Source of the DNA: an uncultured delta proteobacterium
Lineage (GTDB): Bacteria; Myxococcota_A; Polyangia; Polyangiales; Polyangiaceae
Assembly (NCBI GenBank): GCA_963716725.1
Contig: CAVQUB010000012.1
Coordinates: 32,001-96,000, forward strand
Reading direction: 5' to 3'
DNA length: 64,000 bases
Part shown: in pieces, positions 1 to 10,183 of the stretch
Layout: each line of letters begins with the position of its first letter
Numbering within the stretch: the stretch's first letter is position 1
Made by a program: the position numbers and the translations under genes
The notes under the pieces: generated by a model
What the model was told of the DNA's origin: nothing
Seen by the model: only the letters and a program-made list of their open reading frames with translations
The model's database searches: none

Positions 1-515
1 TTCGCGATTCCGAAGTCGAGGAGCGTGAGTTGTTCGGCATTGCCGGGACTGACGAAAATGTTCGAGGGCTTGACGTCTCGATGGACGATGCCGCCGGCGT
101 GACAGCGCTCGAGCGCAGAGGCCATCTCGACGCCGGCCTTGACCGTGTCCGCTACGCTGAGCCGCCCGCGCGCGGCCAGCAGCCCGCCGAGGGTCCTGCC
201 TTCGAGGGCACGGAACGCAATGAACTGCTTGCCATCGGCCTCACCGGCGTCGAGCATGCCAACGATGCCTGGGCCATGCAGGCGGGCCAGCGCTTGGATC
301 TCACGCTCGAATCGCGCCCGGGTGACGGGGTTGGCATCCCGCGGCACCTTGAGCACGACCTGCATCCCGGTGTGCACATGCGACGCGGCGTAGACGTCCG
401 CTCCTCCGCCCACCGCGAGCAGTCGCTGGAGTTGGTAGCGATCGATGCTACCCGTGACATCCAGCGGGCGGCTGGAGTCGGGGGCGGCGTCCTGGATTGA
501 AGTTGCACTCTGCAT
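1..515 (-). CDS. Ser/Thr protein kinase, N-terminal part (runs off the window start)
   Basis: Minus-strand translation from ATG at 515 contains LAVGGGADVYA, VVLK, IVHRDVKPSNIF and LLDFGIAK; not in the supplied ORF track because the stop is outside the window. Confidence 0.9.
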   Translation of the reverse strand, partial: MQSATSIQDAAPDSSRPLDVTGSIDRYQLQRLLAVGGGADVYAASHVHTGMQVVLKVPRDANPVTRARFEREIQALARLHGPGIVGMLDAGEADGKQFIAFRALEGRTLGGLLAARGRLSVADTVKAGVEMASALERCHAGGIVHRDVKPSNIFVSPGNAEQLTLLDFGIA

Positions 516-715
516 GGCAGTCTCCCGAAGGTGGGTCCGGCTGATGGGTTCGCAGGAAGCGGGGCGAGCCCGAGCTTCCAGTAATAACGTGGATTATCGC
601 CGGTAACAGGCTTGCACGCGACTGAGATCGAAGGTCAATATGACCGTCCGGTGGTTTCCAAGAATGGGCTGACAGTCGAAACGACCCCAAAGAGCGTCTC
701 GGCAATGTTTGTATC

Positions 716-907
716 GTGGGCGATGACCCGGTGATGCGCCGCGCCGTGTCTCGGGCGCTGGCAGTCGCTGGGTTTTCGGTCAAGGAGTTCGACACCGCCG
801 AGGAAGTGCTGGTCGCGCTCGAGCAGGCGGCCGCCGACGTCGACGTCCTCATCACCGACGTGCTCATGCCCGGTATGACGGGCTTCGAACTCAAAAGACG
901 TGGCTGA
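716..907 (+). pseudogene. Truncated response-regulator receiver domain (N-terminal part)
   Basis: GDDPVMRRAVSRAL...DVLITDVLMPGMTGFEL, ending abruptly. Confidence 0.7.
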
Positions 908-1157
908 TCGTGAGCTGGCGAGGGGCCACCACCCGTGGATCGAGCAGAACCCGCGAGCGACCGTCGTCGTGATCGTGCTGCGCCGCATCGCCTATACCCT
1001 GCTCTCGCTCTGGCGCGGCGTGACCTTGCGCAGCGACGAGCAGCGCACTCGGCCTTGGCGCGACGTGATGCGCGACACTCTGGTCGCCGCCGTCACCGCC
1101 ACCGACGATCACCTTCTCGCTTTGCGCCGCCACCGGCTCGCGCGCGTCGCCGCGTAG
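900..1157 (+). mobile_element. Transposase C-terminal remnant, probably ISAs1-like
   Basis: HPWIEQNPRATVVVIVLRRIAYTLLSLWRGVTLRSDEQR resembles the C-terminus of myxobacterial ISAs1-type transposases (from memory). Confidence 0.5.
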
Positions 1158-1419
1158 TCGTAACCCAGGCCTCGCGCCGCCTCGCTCTTTGACAGATCCG
1201 CTCCGGTCACCAGACCTGGCCTCCGCCCCCAAGGCGCTAGCTCCGGTCGGTGAGCCGAGCGCGGCCACCCGCCTCCCGCCCTCGCCCCCGCCTTTGCCCC
1301 TGACTCTCGCACTGCCGACTTCCGATCAAGGGTGCAAAGCAGGCCGGCAAGGCTTGCGCAAACCCTGGGCGAGGGCGTAGAAGAGAAGGGCCCCCGATCT
1401 CCGAGGCCGTGCGCCTGGC

Positions 1420-1558
1420 CGTCGAGGACGTCCTCAAGGCGTACCAACTGCACGCCAACTGCTACATCACCAAGCCCATCGACCTGCACCAGTTCATGAA
1501 GTTGGTCGGGTCGATCGACGATTTCTGGCTCAGCATCGTGAAGCTGCCCGAGCCCTGA
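1420..1558 (+). pseudogene. C-terminal fragment of an Rcp1-like single-domain response regulator
   Basis: EDVLKAYQLHANCYITKPIDLHQFMKLVGSIDDFWLSIVKLP*; no N-terminus. Confidence 0.75.
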
Positions 1559-1578
1559 GCCCGAGGGAACGAAGAGCC

Positions 1579-4296
1579 GTGCAACCGCCGACCATCCGGC
1601 TCCTCTTGGTCGAGGACAACCCCGGGGACGTCCACTATGTGCGCGAGTGCTTGAGCAAGAATCCCGAGGTCGAAGTGCACCACGTGGACCGGCTCGCGCC
1701 AGCGATCGAGTGGCTCGCCGGTGGGCGGAGCGACGCGGTCCTGCTCGATCTCGGGTTGCCGGACAGCCAGGGCCTCGACACCTTGCGCGGGGTGATCGCG
1801 GCGGCGCCCGGGACGCCGGTGGTCGTCTACACCGGCCACGACGACGGGAAGGCCGGCGCGCTCGCGTTCCGAGAAGGCGCACAAGACTATCTGGTCAAGG
1901 GGCGCGTCGATGGCGACGCCATCATGCGAGCGCTCCGCTACTCCCTCGAGCGCAAACGGGTGGAGGGCGCCCTCGAGCTCAGCAATCGGTACTTGCAGGT
2001 CTTGAACGGCTTGGCCAGCGATCTGGTCGGCGCTGGATTCGGGGACGATGTCTACGCGCTCGTCACGGGTCGGCTGAAGGAGCTGACCGGCGGGGCGAGC
2101 GCGGTCTTCGCGCTGTTCTCTCCGGCCGACAGGTGCCTGCGGGTGCAGCACGCAGGCCTCGACCCCAGCGTGGTCGGCGACGTGACGCGGGCCCTCGGGG
2201 GGAAGCGACTGGACGGGGCCACGCTCCCCCTGACGGACGAGTCCTACCGTGAGCTGCTGCAAGCGCCAATCTTGCAGGGCTCCTCGCTCAGCGACGCGAC
2301 GCTCGGCGCAGCACCCGAGGTGGTGGCGGCAGTCGTCCGGAAGCTGCCGGGGATCGAACAGGTTCTCCGCGTCGCGTACGCTCTGGATGGTGAGCTCTTC
2401 GGCGTTTCGCTGCTGGGCTTGCGGGCCCGATCCCCGAGTCTTCCCCCGGAGCTCTTGCGCGGGTTCGCCGAGATGGTCGCCCTTTCGCTGCGCCGTAAGC
2501 GGGTCGAGACCGAGCGAGAACTGCTGGCGACGGCCATCGATCAGGTCGCAGAGGCCGTGTGCATCACGGACGCCGAAGGCGTGATCTGCTTCGTCAACTC
2601 GGCGTTGGAGCGCACCACGGGTTACACCAGCTCCGAGCTCATCGGCCAAAACCCGAGGCTCTTCAAGAGCGGCGAGCAAGACGAGACCTTCTACCGCGTG
2701 TTCTGGGAGACCCTCAGCTCCGGAATGACCTTCCGCGGCCGGATGATCAACCGGAAGAAGGACGGGACGCTCTACACCGAGGACGCCACCATCTCGCCGG
2801 TGCGTACCGGCGGCAGAATCACCAGCTACGTGGCGGTGAAGCGGGACGTCACCAAGGATCTCGCCCTGGAGGCGCAGCTCCTCCAGGCTCAAAAGATGGA
2901 GGGCGTCGGGCAGCTCGCCGGCGGCGTGGCGCACGACTTCAACAACTTGCTCTGCCTGATCCTGAGCTACACGGACTTCGCGCTGGAGGGATTGCCCGAA
3001 GGCGACCCCCTCAGGGAAGATCTGCAAGAGGTCAAGGGCGCGGCCGAGCGGGCGGCCGTGCTCACGCACCAGCTCTTGGCCTTCAGCCGCAAACAGGTCC
3101 TGCAGCCGGTGGCGCTGAACCTCAACGAGGTCGTGACCGGGCTCCAGAAGATGCTCGGACGGATCGTTGGTGAGGACATCGAATTGAAGCTGGGGCTGGC
3201 CGCCGATCTCGACCTGGTCATGGCCGATTGGGGCCAGTTGGATCAGGTCATCGTGAATCTCGTGGTGAACGCCCGGGACGCCATGCCGGAGGGCGGCAAG
3301 CTCACGGTCGAGACCGACAACGTCGAAGTCGACGAGGAGTACTCCGAGCAGCATCTCGGCACGCCGCCGGGCCCCTACGTCCGCTTGTCGGTCTCGGACT
3401 CGGGGGCCGGGATGGATGAACAGACCCGGTCGAAGATCTTCGATCCCTTCTTCACGACCAAGGAAAAGGGCAGAGGAACGGGGCTTGGGCTCTCCACCGT
3501 GTACGGGATCGTCACCCAGTCCGGCGGTCGGATCTGGGTCTACTCGGAGCCCGGGAGAGGCACGGCGTTCAAGATCTACTTCCCGCGCACCGCAGCCCAC
3601 GGTTCGGCCCCCGCAGCCCCACCCAAGGCTCTCCCGGCCCGCCCCTCCGGGCACGAAACGATCCTCGTGGTCGAGGACGTGGAGGCGCTGCGGAGAGTCG
3701 CCAAGCGCGCCCTCGAGACGGTCGGCTACAGGGTGCTCACCGCCGGGGATGGCGAGGAGGGGCTCGCCGTCGCCGCAGGGCACTCGGGCGCCATCGATCT
3801 GCTCTTGACCGACGTGGTCATGCCAAAGATGAGCGGCAGAGTCCTCGCCCAAGCGATCGTGAAGGCGCGCCCAACCACCATGGTTCTCTACATGTCTGGC
3901 TACACCGGCGATGCCATCGTCCACCATGGCGTCCTCGATGCGGGGACGAGCTTCCTTGCCAAGCCCTTCACGGCGGACCAACTCGCGCGGAAGGTTCGTG
4001 AGGTGCTCCAAGGTGGGTCGACGCAGCAGACCGAAGCGGTCGAAGCAGCAGCCGAGCCGACGCCTCCGGACCGCGAAGCGCTGGCGGCGCTCCCGGAGGA
4101 GATCCTGCGAGAGCTCCGCGACGCTGTCCTCACCGTGCGCTACGACGAACTGGTGGCGCTCGTGGAGGTCCTGCGCGCGACCCAGCCGGAGCTCGCCTCC
4201 GGGCTCAGGCGCCTGGCAGACCTGTTCGACTACGAAGCGCTACGAAAGCTCCTGGGGCGGCCGGGAAATGGCGAGTCAGGGAAACCAGATGACTGA
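1579..4296 (+). CDS. Hybrid sensor histidine kinase (REC-PAS-HisKA-HATPase-REC)
   Basis: LLVEDNPGD receiver; PAS region; LAGGVAHDFNN H-box; NARDAM, FFTTKEKGRGTGLGL; second receiver LLLTDVVMP. Confidence 0.95.
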   Translation: MQPPTIRLLLVEDNPGDVHYVRECLSKNPEVEVHHVDRLAPAIEWLAGGRSDAVLLDLGLPDSQGLDTLRGVIAAAPGTPVVVYTGHDDGKAGALAFREGAQDYLVKGRVDGDAIMRALRYSLERKRVEGALELSNRYLQVLNGLASDLVGAGFGDDVYALVTGRLKELTGGASAVFALFSPADRCLRVQHAGLDPSVVGDVTRALGGKRLDGATLPLTDESYRELLQAPILQGSSLSDATLGAAPEVVAAVVRKLPGIEQVLRVAYALDGELFGVSLLGLRARSPSLPPELLRGFAEMVALSLRRKRVETERELLATAIDQVAEAVCITDAEGVICFVNSALERTTGYTSSELIGQNPRLFKSGEQDETFYRVFWETLSSGMTFRGRMINRKKDGTLYTEDATISPVRTGGRITSYVAVKRDVTKDLALEAQLLQAQKMEGVGQLAGGVAHDFNNLLCLILSYTDFALEGLPEGDPLREDLQEVKGAAERAAVLTHQLLAFSRKQVLQPVALNLNEVVTGLQKMLGRIVGEDIELKLGLAADLDLVMADWGQLDQVIVNLVVNARDAMPEGGKLTVETDNVEVDEEYSEQHLGTPPGPYVRLSVSDSGAGMDEQTRSKIFDPFFTTKEKGRGTGLGLSTVYGIVTQSGGRIWVYSEPGRGTAFKIYFPRTAAHGSAPAAPPKALPARPSGHETILVVEDVEALRRVAKRALETVGYRVLTAGDGEEGLAVAAGHSGAIDLLLTDVVMPKMSGRVLAQAIVKARPTTMVLYMSGYTGDAIVHHGVLDAGTSFLAKPFTADQLARKVREVLQGGSTQQTEAVEAAAEPTPPDREALAALPEEILRELRDAVLTVRYDELVALVEVLRATQPELASGLRRLADLFDYEALRKLLGRPGNGESGKPDD

Positions 4297-5234
4297 AGAC
4301 TTCCGGGACGGTGGCATCCTCGTCGTGGACGACGAGCCGGCCGAGTTGCGCCTCCTCGCCGGCGTGCTTCGGCGCGGTGGGTTCGTTCCGCGCCCGGTCA
4401 CGAGCGGCAGGCTCGCCATCGAGGCGGCGGTGCTCGCTCCCCCCGCGCTCGTCCTCCTGGACGTTCGCATGCCCGGGATGTCCGGGACGGAGGTCTGCCG
4501 ATGGATCAAGCAGCACGAGCGACTTCGGGACATCCCGGTGATGTTCATCAGCGGGCTGGACGACATCGACGACAAGGTGGAGGCGTTTCGTGCCGGAGGC
4601 GTCGACTACATCTGCAAGCCGTTTCAAGAGCAAGAGGTGCTCGCTCGGGTCAGAACGCAGCTGCAGTTGAGGCAACTGCAGCTGCAGCTCGTGTCCCACA
4701 ACCTGCACCTCGAGCAACGGATCGCCGATCAGGTCAAGATGGCCACGGCGTCTCAGGTCGCGACCATCTTCGCCCTCGCCAAGTTGGCCGAGACTCGCGA
4801 CGATGACACCGGTCAGCACGTCGGGCGCGTGCAGACGTTCAGCAGGATGCTGGCCGAGCGCATGCGCGAGACCGGGAGCCACGCGGCGCAGCTCACCCCC
4901 TCATTCATCGACACCCTATTCCAGACCGCGTCCCTCCACGACATCGGCAAGGTCGGCGTGCCCGACGCCGTCCTGCTGAAGCCGGGCCCGCTGTCGCCGG
5001 AGGAGTTCGAGGTGATGAAGAAGCACTGCGAGCTCGGGGCCGCGACGCTCGCGAGCGTGCTGACGCGTCATCCCGACAACCAGTTCTTGCGCATGGGCGT
5101 CGACGTTGCGAGATCTCACCACGAGAAGTGGGACGGCAGAGGATACCCCGATGGCCTCCAGGGAAAGACGATCCCGCTGGCGGCACGTATCGTCGCCGTG
5201 GCTGACGTCTACGACGCGCTGACCTCTGACCGGT
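4289..5234 (+). pseudogene. REC + HD-GYP c-di-GMP phosphodiesterase (RpfG-like), 5' part, interrupted by a transposon
   Basis: Receiver domain, LHDIGKVG, HHEKWDGRGYPDGL, ADVYDALTSDR; continues at 8493-8640. Confidence 0.9.
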
Positions 5235-5410
5235 TGTAGTTTCCCACGCTCTTCCCCCGCCCGAATCCCGGGCATTTTCGTGATGCCCTCGGGGTGGTTT
5301 CCCGGAGTGCGGTGGTCGAGTGGGCGTGGCGAGGTGGTGGCAGAAAGGGAGCGGCCCGACGGAGACGTGGATCTCCGCCGGGCCTTGTGGACCGTCGCCG
5401 GGCGCTGGGC

Positions 5411-6208
5411 TCAGGTGACTTCGGCCATGGCGGACTGGATGTGCTCGGTCGTGACGGTCCTGCTCTTGGTGAGCGCGGCGGCCATGAGCGCGTGGTGAGC
5501 GAGCAGGTTCACCTTCCGGGGCAGGCCGTTCGACGCCTGGAAGATCGCCTCCTGGGTTGCGGGCTCGAAGAGTTCGAGCTCGGTTCCGGCGAGTCGGAGC
5601 AGGTGCGTGAGGTACGGGCCGAGCTCGTCACGGGCAAGACCCGGGACGTGAGCGCGCACGACGACGCGCTGCGAGAGCGCCTCGTGCACCGCCATGCCGA
5701 GGCGGCGGCGCAGTTCCGGGTGTCCGACGAGGACCAGGCAGAGGCGGTTGTCGGAGTCCATCGCGTAGTTGGTGAGCAGGCGCAGGTCCTCGAGCACGTC
5801 GCTCCTGAGGTGATGAGCTTCGTCCACGATCAGGATCGGTTTCTGCCGGGCCTCGCTGCAGAGCCGCGTCACCTCGGTCCGGATCTGCCGGAACAGTGCG
5901 GCGCGGTTGCGCTCGGTGGGTAGGCCGATCTCCCAGGCGATGGTCTTGTAGAGATCCATCACGTTGCCGGTGGTGAGCGACACGTAGAGGACGCGGTGCA
6001 GACCCGTGTGGAGACCGGCGACGATCTTCCGACACGCGGTGGTCTTGCCGCTGCCGCTCTCACCGGTGACCACACCGATGCCGCGCAAGTCGAGGAGATG
6101 GGCGAGCCGGGCGTCGAGTTCTCGGAGCGCACCGGAGGCGAAGAGCTCGTCGGGCTCGATGTTTTTGGCGAAGGGGTGGCGGGTGAGGCCGAAGTGCTTG
6201 CGGTACAT
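5411..6208 (-). CDS. ExeA-family AAA+ ATPase (transposition helper)
   Basis: MYRKHFGLTRHPF; Walker A GESGSGKT; Walker B LIVDEAH. Confidence 0.9.
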   Translation of the reverse strand: MYRKHFGLTRHPFAKNIEPDELFASGALRELDARLAHLLDLRGIGVVTGESGSGKTTACRKIVAGLHTGLHRVLYVSLTTGNVMDLYKTIAWEIGLPTERNRAALFRQIRTEVTRLCSEARQKPILIVDEAHHLRSDVLEDLRLLTNYAMDSDNRLCLVLVGHPELRRRLGMAVHEALSQRVVVRAHVPGLARDELGPYLTHLLRLAGTELELFEPATQEAIFQASNGLPRKVNLLAHHALMAAALTKSRTVTTEHIQSAMAEVT

Positions 6209-7653
6209 CAGAGGAGGTCCCCCTCGTCGTCGCCAGCGCCGCCCTGCTGGTTGTCCCCGACATCGAAGTCGAAGTCGCTCAAGCGCATGCCGGGGGGCGG
6301 CTCGTCCACGGGCTGAGATGGATGCAGGGCCTTCGTCGTGTGATCGCGTCGGACGAAACAGTTGGCGTAGACGTCGACACGGCGAGCGATCTGGATCTGC
6401 TTTCCGCGATGCCAGACCTGGACGGCACGTGTCTCTCGCGGACGCGCCGGATCGAAGCGAAGGACGACGGTCTCGCCGACGAGCATCGCGTCCACTTCGT
6501 AGGCCACGCTGTCGAGCGACACGGTGCGGTCGGCCTGCACACGGCGCTTCTGCTCGAAGAGAAACAGATCGGCGAGGTCGCTCGACGACTGGCGCACCTC
6601 GTCTGAGCGCATCGCCCAGCGATCCGCGGGCGTCTCACCGTCGAGTCCGCGGTGGGGACTCCGATGATACTCACCCTCGACCCACGCCCAGAGACGGCGG
6701 TTGAGTGCTTCGAGACTCCGCCTGTCCTCGGGCTGGAGCGTCGGCAGGAGCTGAAGACGCACGGTCCGAAACCACCGCTCCATCTTTCCTTTTCCCTGGG
6801 GCGTGTAGGGACGCGCGTGGATCAAGGTGATGCCGAGCTTCGCGCACACGAGCGCCAGGTGCTGTGCTTTGAAGGCGGCACCGTTGTCGACGTAAAGCCG
6901 CTTGGGGATCCCGCGGCGGCAGATCCCTTGCTCGAGCACGCTGAGAAGGGTCGCGGCGTTCTCGCTGAGCGCGAAGGCCGCATACGGCACCATCCGTGTC
7001 GCGTCGTCGATGACGGCGAGCAGGTACGTCTTCCGCTGCCGCCCGGACACGGCGACGGCGGGGCCGTGCATCACGTCGCTCATCCACAGTTCGCCCGCCT
7101 TCTCGAAGGCGAAGCGTCGGCGGTCCTTCGCCGTCGGCTCGCCCTGCTTCTTCTGCATGAGTCCGGCCCGAGACAAGATCCGGTGCACCGTCGATGGCGC
7201 AAGCGTGACCCCCTCCGGGATCTTCGCGAAGCGCGTCACGTGCGCGATGACGAGTCCGACGCTGAAGTCCGCGTGCTGCTCTTTCGTCTCGCAGAGCAGA
7301 TCCGCGATCTCCCGGGGAATGGCGCGAGCCGAGCCCTCGTCCCGTCGGATCTTCGGGACAAGGGCGTCGAAGCCGCCGCGTCGGTAGTCCGCAAGCCATC
7401 CGCGGATCGTTTCGGCCTGGACCTTCCGCCGGAGCGTTCCGGGGATCTCCCAGTCCTTCTCCGCCTTCTCGCGCAGCTTCGCGTACATGCCGCGCGCACC
7501 GCGCTCGAGGTGGAGCAGATCTGCGATCACGCCATAACGGAACAGCGCGATCTGCTTTCTGCGCTCGGCGTCAGCGAGCGTGCGTTCGTTTTCGGGGGTC
7601 GGTGTCCTCATCGGAGTTCTCTTTCGGTGTCGGCCCGGGTCCGTCCCGGGCAC
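6208..7653 (-). CDS. DDE transposase/integrase with Mu-like C-terminus (start may be about 7611)
   Basis: WMSDVMHG, IDDATR, YVDNG, KGKMERWF; C-terminal RRVQADRTVSLD. Confidence 0.92.
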   Translation of the reverse strand: MPGTDPGRHRKRTPMRTPTPENERTLADAERRKQIALFRYGVIADLLHLERGARGMYAKLREKAEKDWEIPGTLRRKVQAETIRGWLADYRRGGFDALVPKIRRDEGSARAIPREIADLLCETKEQHADFSVGLVIAHVTRFAKIPEGVTLAPSTVHRILSRAGLMQKKQGEPTAKDRRRFAFEKAGELWMSDVMHGPAVAVSGRQRKTYLLAVIDDATRMVPYAAFALSENAATLLSVLEQGICRRGIPKRLYVDNGAAFKAQHLALVCAKLGITLIHARPYTPQGKGKMERWFRTVRLQLLPTLQPEDRRSLEALNRRLWAWVEGEYHRSPHRGLDGETPADRWAMRSDEVRQSSSDLADLFLFEQKRRVQADRTVSLDSVAYEVDAMLVGETVVLRFDPARPRETRAVQVWHRGKQIQIARRVDVYANCFVRRDHTTKALHPSQPVDEPPPGMRLSDFDFDVGDNQQGGAGDDEGDLL

Positions 7654-7662
7654 ACCAACCCG

Positions 7663-8340
7663 CTATCGGTCCCGCCGAGGAGGGTCCGGCCCCGTTTCGT
7701 GTGGGGTCGGCTCTCGCGATGCTTGCCGCGCTCGCCCTCGCGCCCGCAGTCCGACCGGCGCTGGCATGGCGGCCAGGTGAATGGCCGCGGCCGACCGCAG
7801 CGCCACGAGCGCATCCGACACCCCGAGTCGTTGCCGCACCGCGCCAAGCGTCGCCGGGCAGCCCGTGAGCGCCGGCACCAGCGTCACTGCCGCCACGAGC
7901 GCCGCGTGGACAGCAACACGCCGCCGCCGGAGCCACCGCAGCGCGCTTGGAAGCGTCACCGCGTCCGCTGCGATCGCGGGGCGCACCTTCTCGGCGACCG
8001 CCTCCAGACTCTTGGCGCCCTCGGCCACCTCGACGGCCCGCTCGACCTCCTCGAGCGTGCCCGACAGTCGGGAAGCCAGAAAATCAGGCAAAAGGCTGAT
8101 AGTCACCCGAGCCCGCGGGCACCAGAACCGGGCGACGCGGACGCCGACGGGGCGGACCCGACCGTAGCTCCCGTGCCCCGCGAGACCGCAGCCGCCCTCC
8201 GGGTGCAGCGGGCACCGCTCCAAACTTGCGGCCCGCCACGCCTGCTCGGTAACGTACCGCTCGCTGGTGAGGGTCGTCTCGTAACGGACAACCAATCCTT
8301 CGCTGGCCGGGTCCGTGCGGGTGCTACCGCGACGGACCAA
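7663..8340 (-). CDS. Transposon ORF1, Cys/His-containing hypothetical protein
   Basis: CPLHPEGGC..HGSYGR..RFWC; lies inside the transposon ends, upstream of the transposase. Confidence 0.7.
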   Translation of the reverse strand: MVRRGSTRTDPASEGLVVRYETTLTSERYVTEQAWRAASLERCPLHPEGGCGLAGHGSYGRVRPVGVRVARFWCPRARVTISLLPDFLASRLSGTLEEVERAVEVAEGAKSLEAVAEKVRPAIAADAVTLPSALRWLRRRRVAVHAALVAAVTLVPALTGCPATLGAVRQRLGVSDALVALRSAAAIHLAAMPAPVGLRARGRARQASREPTPHETGPDPPRRDR

Positions 8341-8492
8341 CCTTCTCCGGCGATCAGCTTTCCGCGGATCAGCCTCTCAGGAAAAAAGAACGGCGAAGCT
8401 CTCCGGAGTCCGAACCCGGCTCACCCGAAACAACGAGCGCCCAGACCGACACCACGACCGCGGGGGATCACGACGGAGGGTGACGGCCTACA

Positions 8493-8640
8493 CCGGTGTT
8501 ACCGCAAGGGGTTCAGCCACGCGAAGGCCTGCGGGATGATCACCGAGGGTGGGGGGACTCACTTCGACCCCGAGGTGACCCATGCATTCGAGGCCTGCCA
8601 GGTCCGCTTTGGGCGCGAGCGGCAGGCCATGCTGGGTTGA
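8493..8640 (+). pseudogene. HD-GYP gene, 3' remainder after the transposon
   Basis: RCYRKGFSHAKACGMITEGGGTHFDPEV, a typical HD-GYP tail. Confidence 0.85.
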
Positions 8641-8759
8641 TGAACGGACCAGGGACCGGCGCGGGATCGGTGACCACGACGGCGCGGGGTGCGAAGCGCC
8701 GGCCCGAGCTGCGGCTGCCAACCGTCCGGCGAGAACGAGCTGAAGTCCGTGTAGAAGTG

Positions 8760-8890
8760 CCCCTGCTGAACCCTTGGCCTGCTATGCCCACCCTGCCGAG
8801 CCCCTGGCGCTTATCGCCCAAGAACCGAAACTCCGTCGTGTCGTGGATCACGATCACCTCAGCCGTGCTCCGCAACCCGACGCACTGTGG
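8760..8890 (-). mobile_element. IS4-family transposase fragment
   Basis: VIVIHDTTEFRF..RQGLGRVG, first catalytic Asp region. Confidence 0.6.
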
Positions 8891-9005
8891 CGCTGACGTG
8901 GGGCCGGAGCACCCCGTTGAAGCTCACCTTTTCGTTCCGGACAAAGCGGAAGCGTGCCGAAACCGCGGCAATTCAATCGGCATAGGCCGAGCGGGGGCTG
9001 AAGCC

Positions 9006-9779
9006 TCACGCGGGGCTAGCGCCACTCCAGCGGATCACCGGCTCGATGGAGGGCGTCACGCAACTCACGCGCAGGCGTTCGACGGCTTCCTTTCGGAGTT
9101 GGCAGACTCGGGCCTCGGTGACCCCCAGTCGTTTGCCAATCTCCCGCAGAGTCAGCTCTTCATTGCACGAGAGATCGACCACCGTCTTCAGACGCCTGGG
9201 CAGTTCGTCGAGGGCTCCCCTGAGCTTTTCGGCTCGACGAACTGCGTCGAGCATCGCGTCCGGTCGCAATGACGGGCGACCGGGCGTGTGGGATTCGGCG
9301 GCAGAGAGGCTGACCCGATCTCGGCGCGCAGTGCTGTGCCGGGCACTGGCGAGGTCCGCGGTGGTAATACCCAACTCGGCCGCAACTTCATCCGTTTCCG
9401 GCTGTCGCCCAAAGCGCTGGCCGAGACCCTTTTCGACCCGCGCGAGCCGCTTCGCGAGGCGGCGCTGACCGCGGGTGAGGTGGTCATGACCGCGCAACGC
9501 GTCGAGCATCGCTCCGGTTGCCCGCTGCAGCGCGTACGCCTCGAAGGCACTGGGGGCCTCGAATCGCCCGTAGGCCAATGCCTGCGCCAATCCCAGATTT
9601 CCGGCCGAGATCAGATCGTCGAGCTCGACGTGAGCGGGCAGCCGCTTCTTCAGTCGGAGAGCGGCTCTACGTACTGACTCGACGAGCGCTGAGGTCTGGA
9701 AAGGTGGGTCTACCGTGGTTCTCGACGCTTCGGCCATACTGCTGGGTAATGCAGAGGCCATGCCCGGCTTCCCCAACAC
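9006..9779 (-). CDS. FliA/WhiG-family sigma factor
   Basis: LPAHVELDDLISAGNLGL, GAMLDALR, ELTLREIGKRLGVTEARVCQL. Confidence 0.88.
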   Translation of the reverse strand: MLGKPGMASALPSSMAEASRTTVDPPFQTSALVESVRRAALRLKKRLPAHVELDDLISAGNLGLAQALAYGRFEAPSAFEAYALQRATGAMLDALRGHDHLTRGQRRLAKRLARVEKGLGQRFGRQPETDEVAAELGITTADLASARHSTARRDRVSLSAAESHTPGRPSLRPDAMLDAVRRAEKLRGALDELPRRLKTVVDLSCNEELTLREIGKRLGVTEARVCQLRKEAVERLRVSCVTPSIEPVIRWSGASPA

Positions 9780-9810
9780 GAATACGCCGATTTCCGTACG
9801 GGTGCGTCAG

Positions 9811-10179
9811 TCATCCGGACTTATCCGGGTCATTACGACCTTGGACGGCGAGACGAGCGCGGGCCTGCGGGGCCCGCGCACCGATGGCTTCCAGGGCGAG
9901 CATGCTCTCTTGGCCCGACAAATCCACGGCCACTACGTCGTAGGACGAGCGACCTAGCTGCAACCGCGCTTCGTCGAGGCCCTCGACCCGCTCGATGCTC
10001 TCGGTTCGAAGCGCCTCCAAAAGTGGGTTTCTGGAGAGCGCGAGCACCCGAAGCTGAATCTGGAGTTGACCGCTGTCGTCAATGCTCGCCGGTCGATCGG
10101 GCGGCAGTGGTGGCGGTTGCTGCATGGCCGGAATGGTACTCGAATTCGAAGCAACAGCGTCCGGTTCGGCCTGCGGCAT
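9811..10179 (-). CDS. Hypothetical protein, possibly a degenerate receiver-like domain
   Basis: ATG 4 nt after the pilin stop; YDVVAVD segment. Confidence 0.45.
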   Translation of the reverse strand: MPQAEPDAVASNSSTIPAMQQPPPLPPDRPASIDDSGQLQIQLRVLALSRNPLLEALRTESIERVEGLDEARLQLGRSSYDVVAVDLSGQESMLALEAIGARAPQARARLAVQGRNDPDKSG

Positions 10180-10183
10180 GGGC

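Larger units (their letters stand above)
5235..8492 (-). mobile_element. Complete three-gene Mu/IS481-like transposon (ORF1 + DDE transposase + ExeA-like ATPase)
   Basis: Ends TGTAG...CTACA; CCGGT duplicated at 5230-5234 and 8493-8497; removal restores ...DALTSDRCYRKGFSH... Confidence 0.92.

Noticed and set aside
1462..4011. 849-aa minus-strand ORF
   Set aside because: Antisense shadow of the histidine kinase, common in high-GC DNA
6652..8492. 662-aa plus-strand ORF
   Set aside because: Antisense to the transposon genes; only the last 49 or so codons are the HD-GYP remainder
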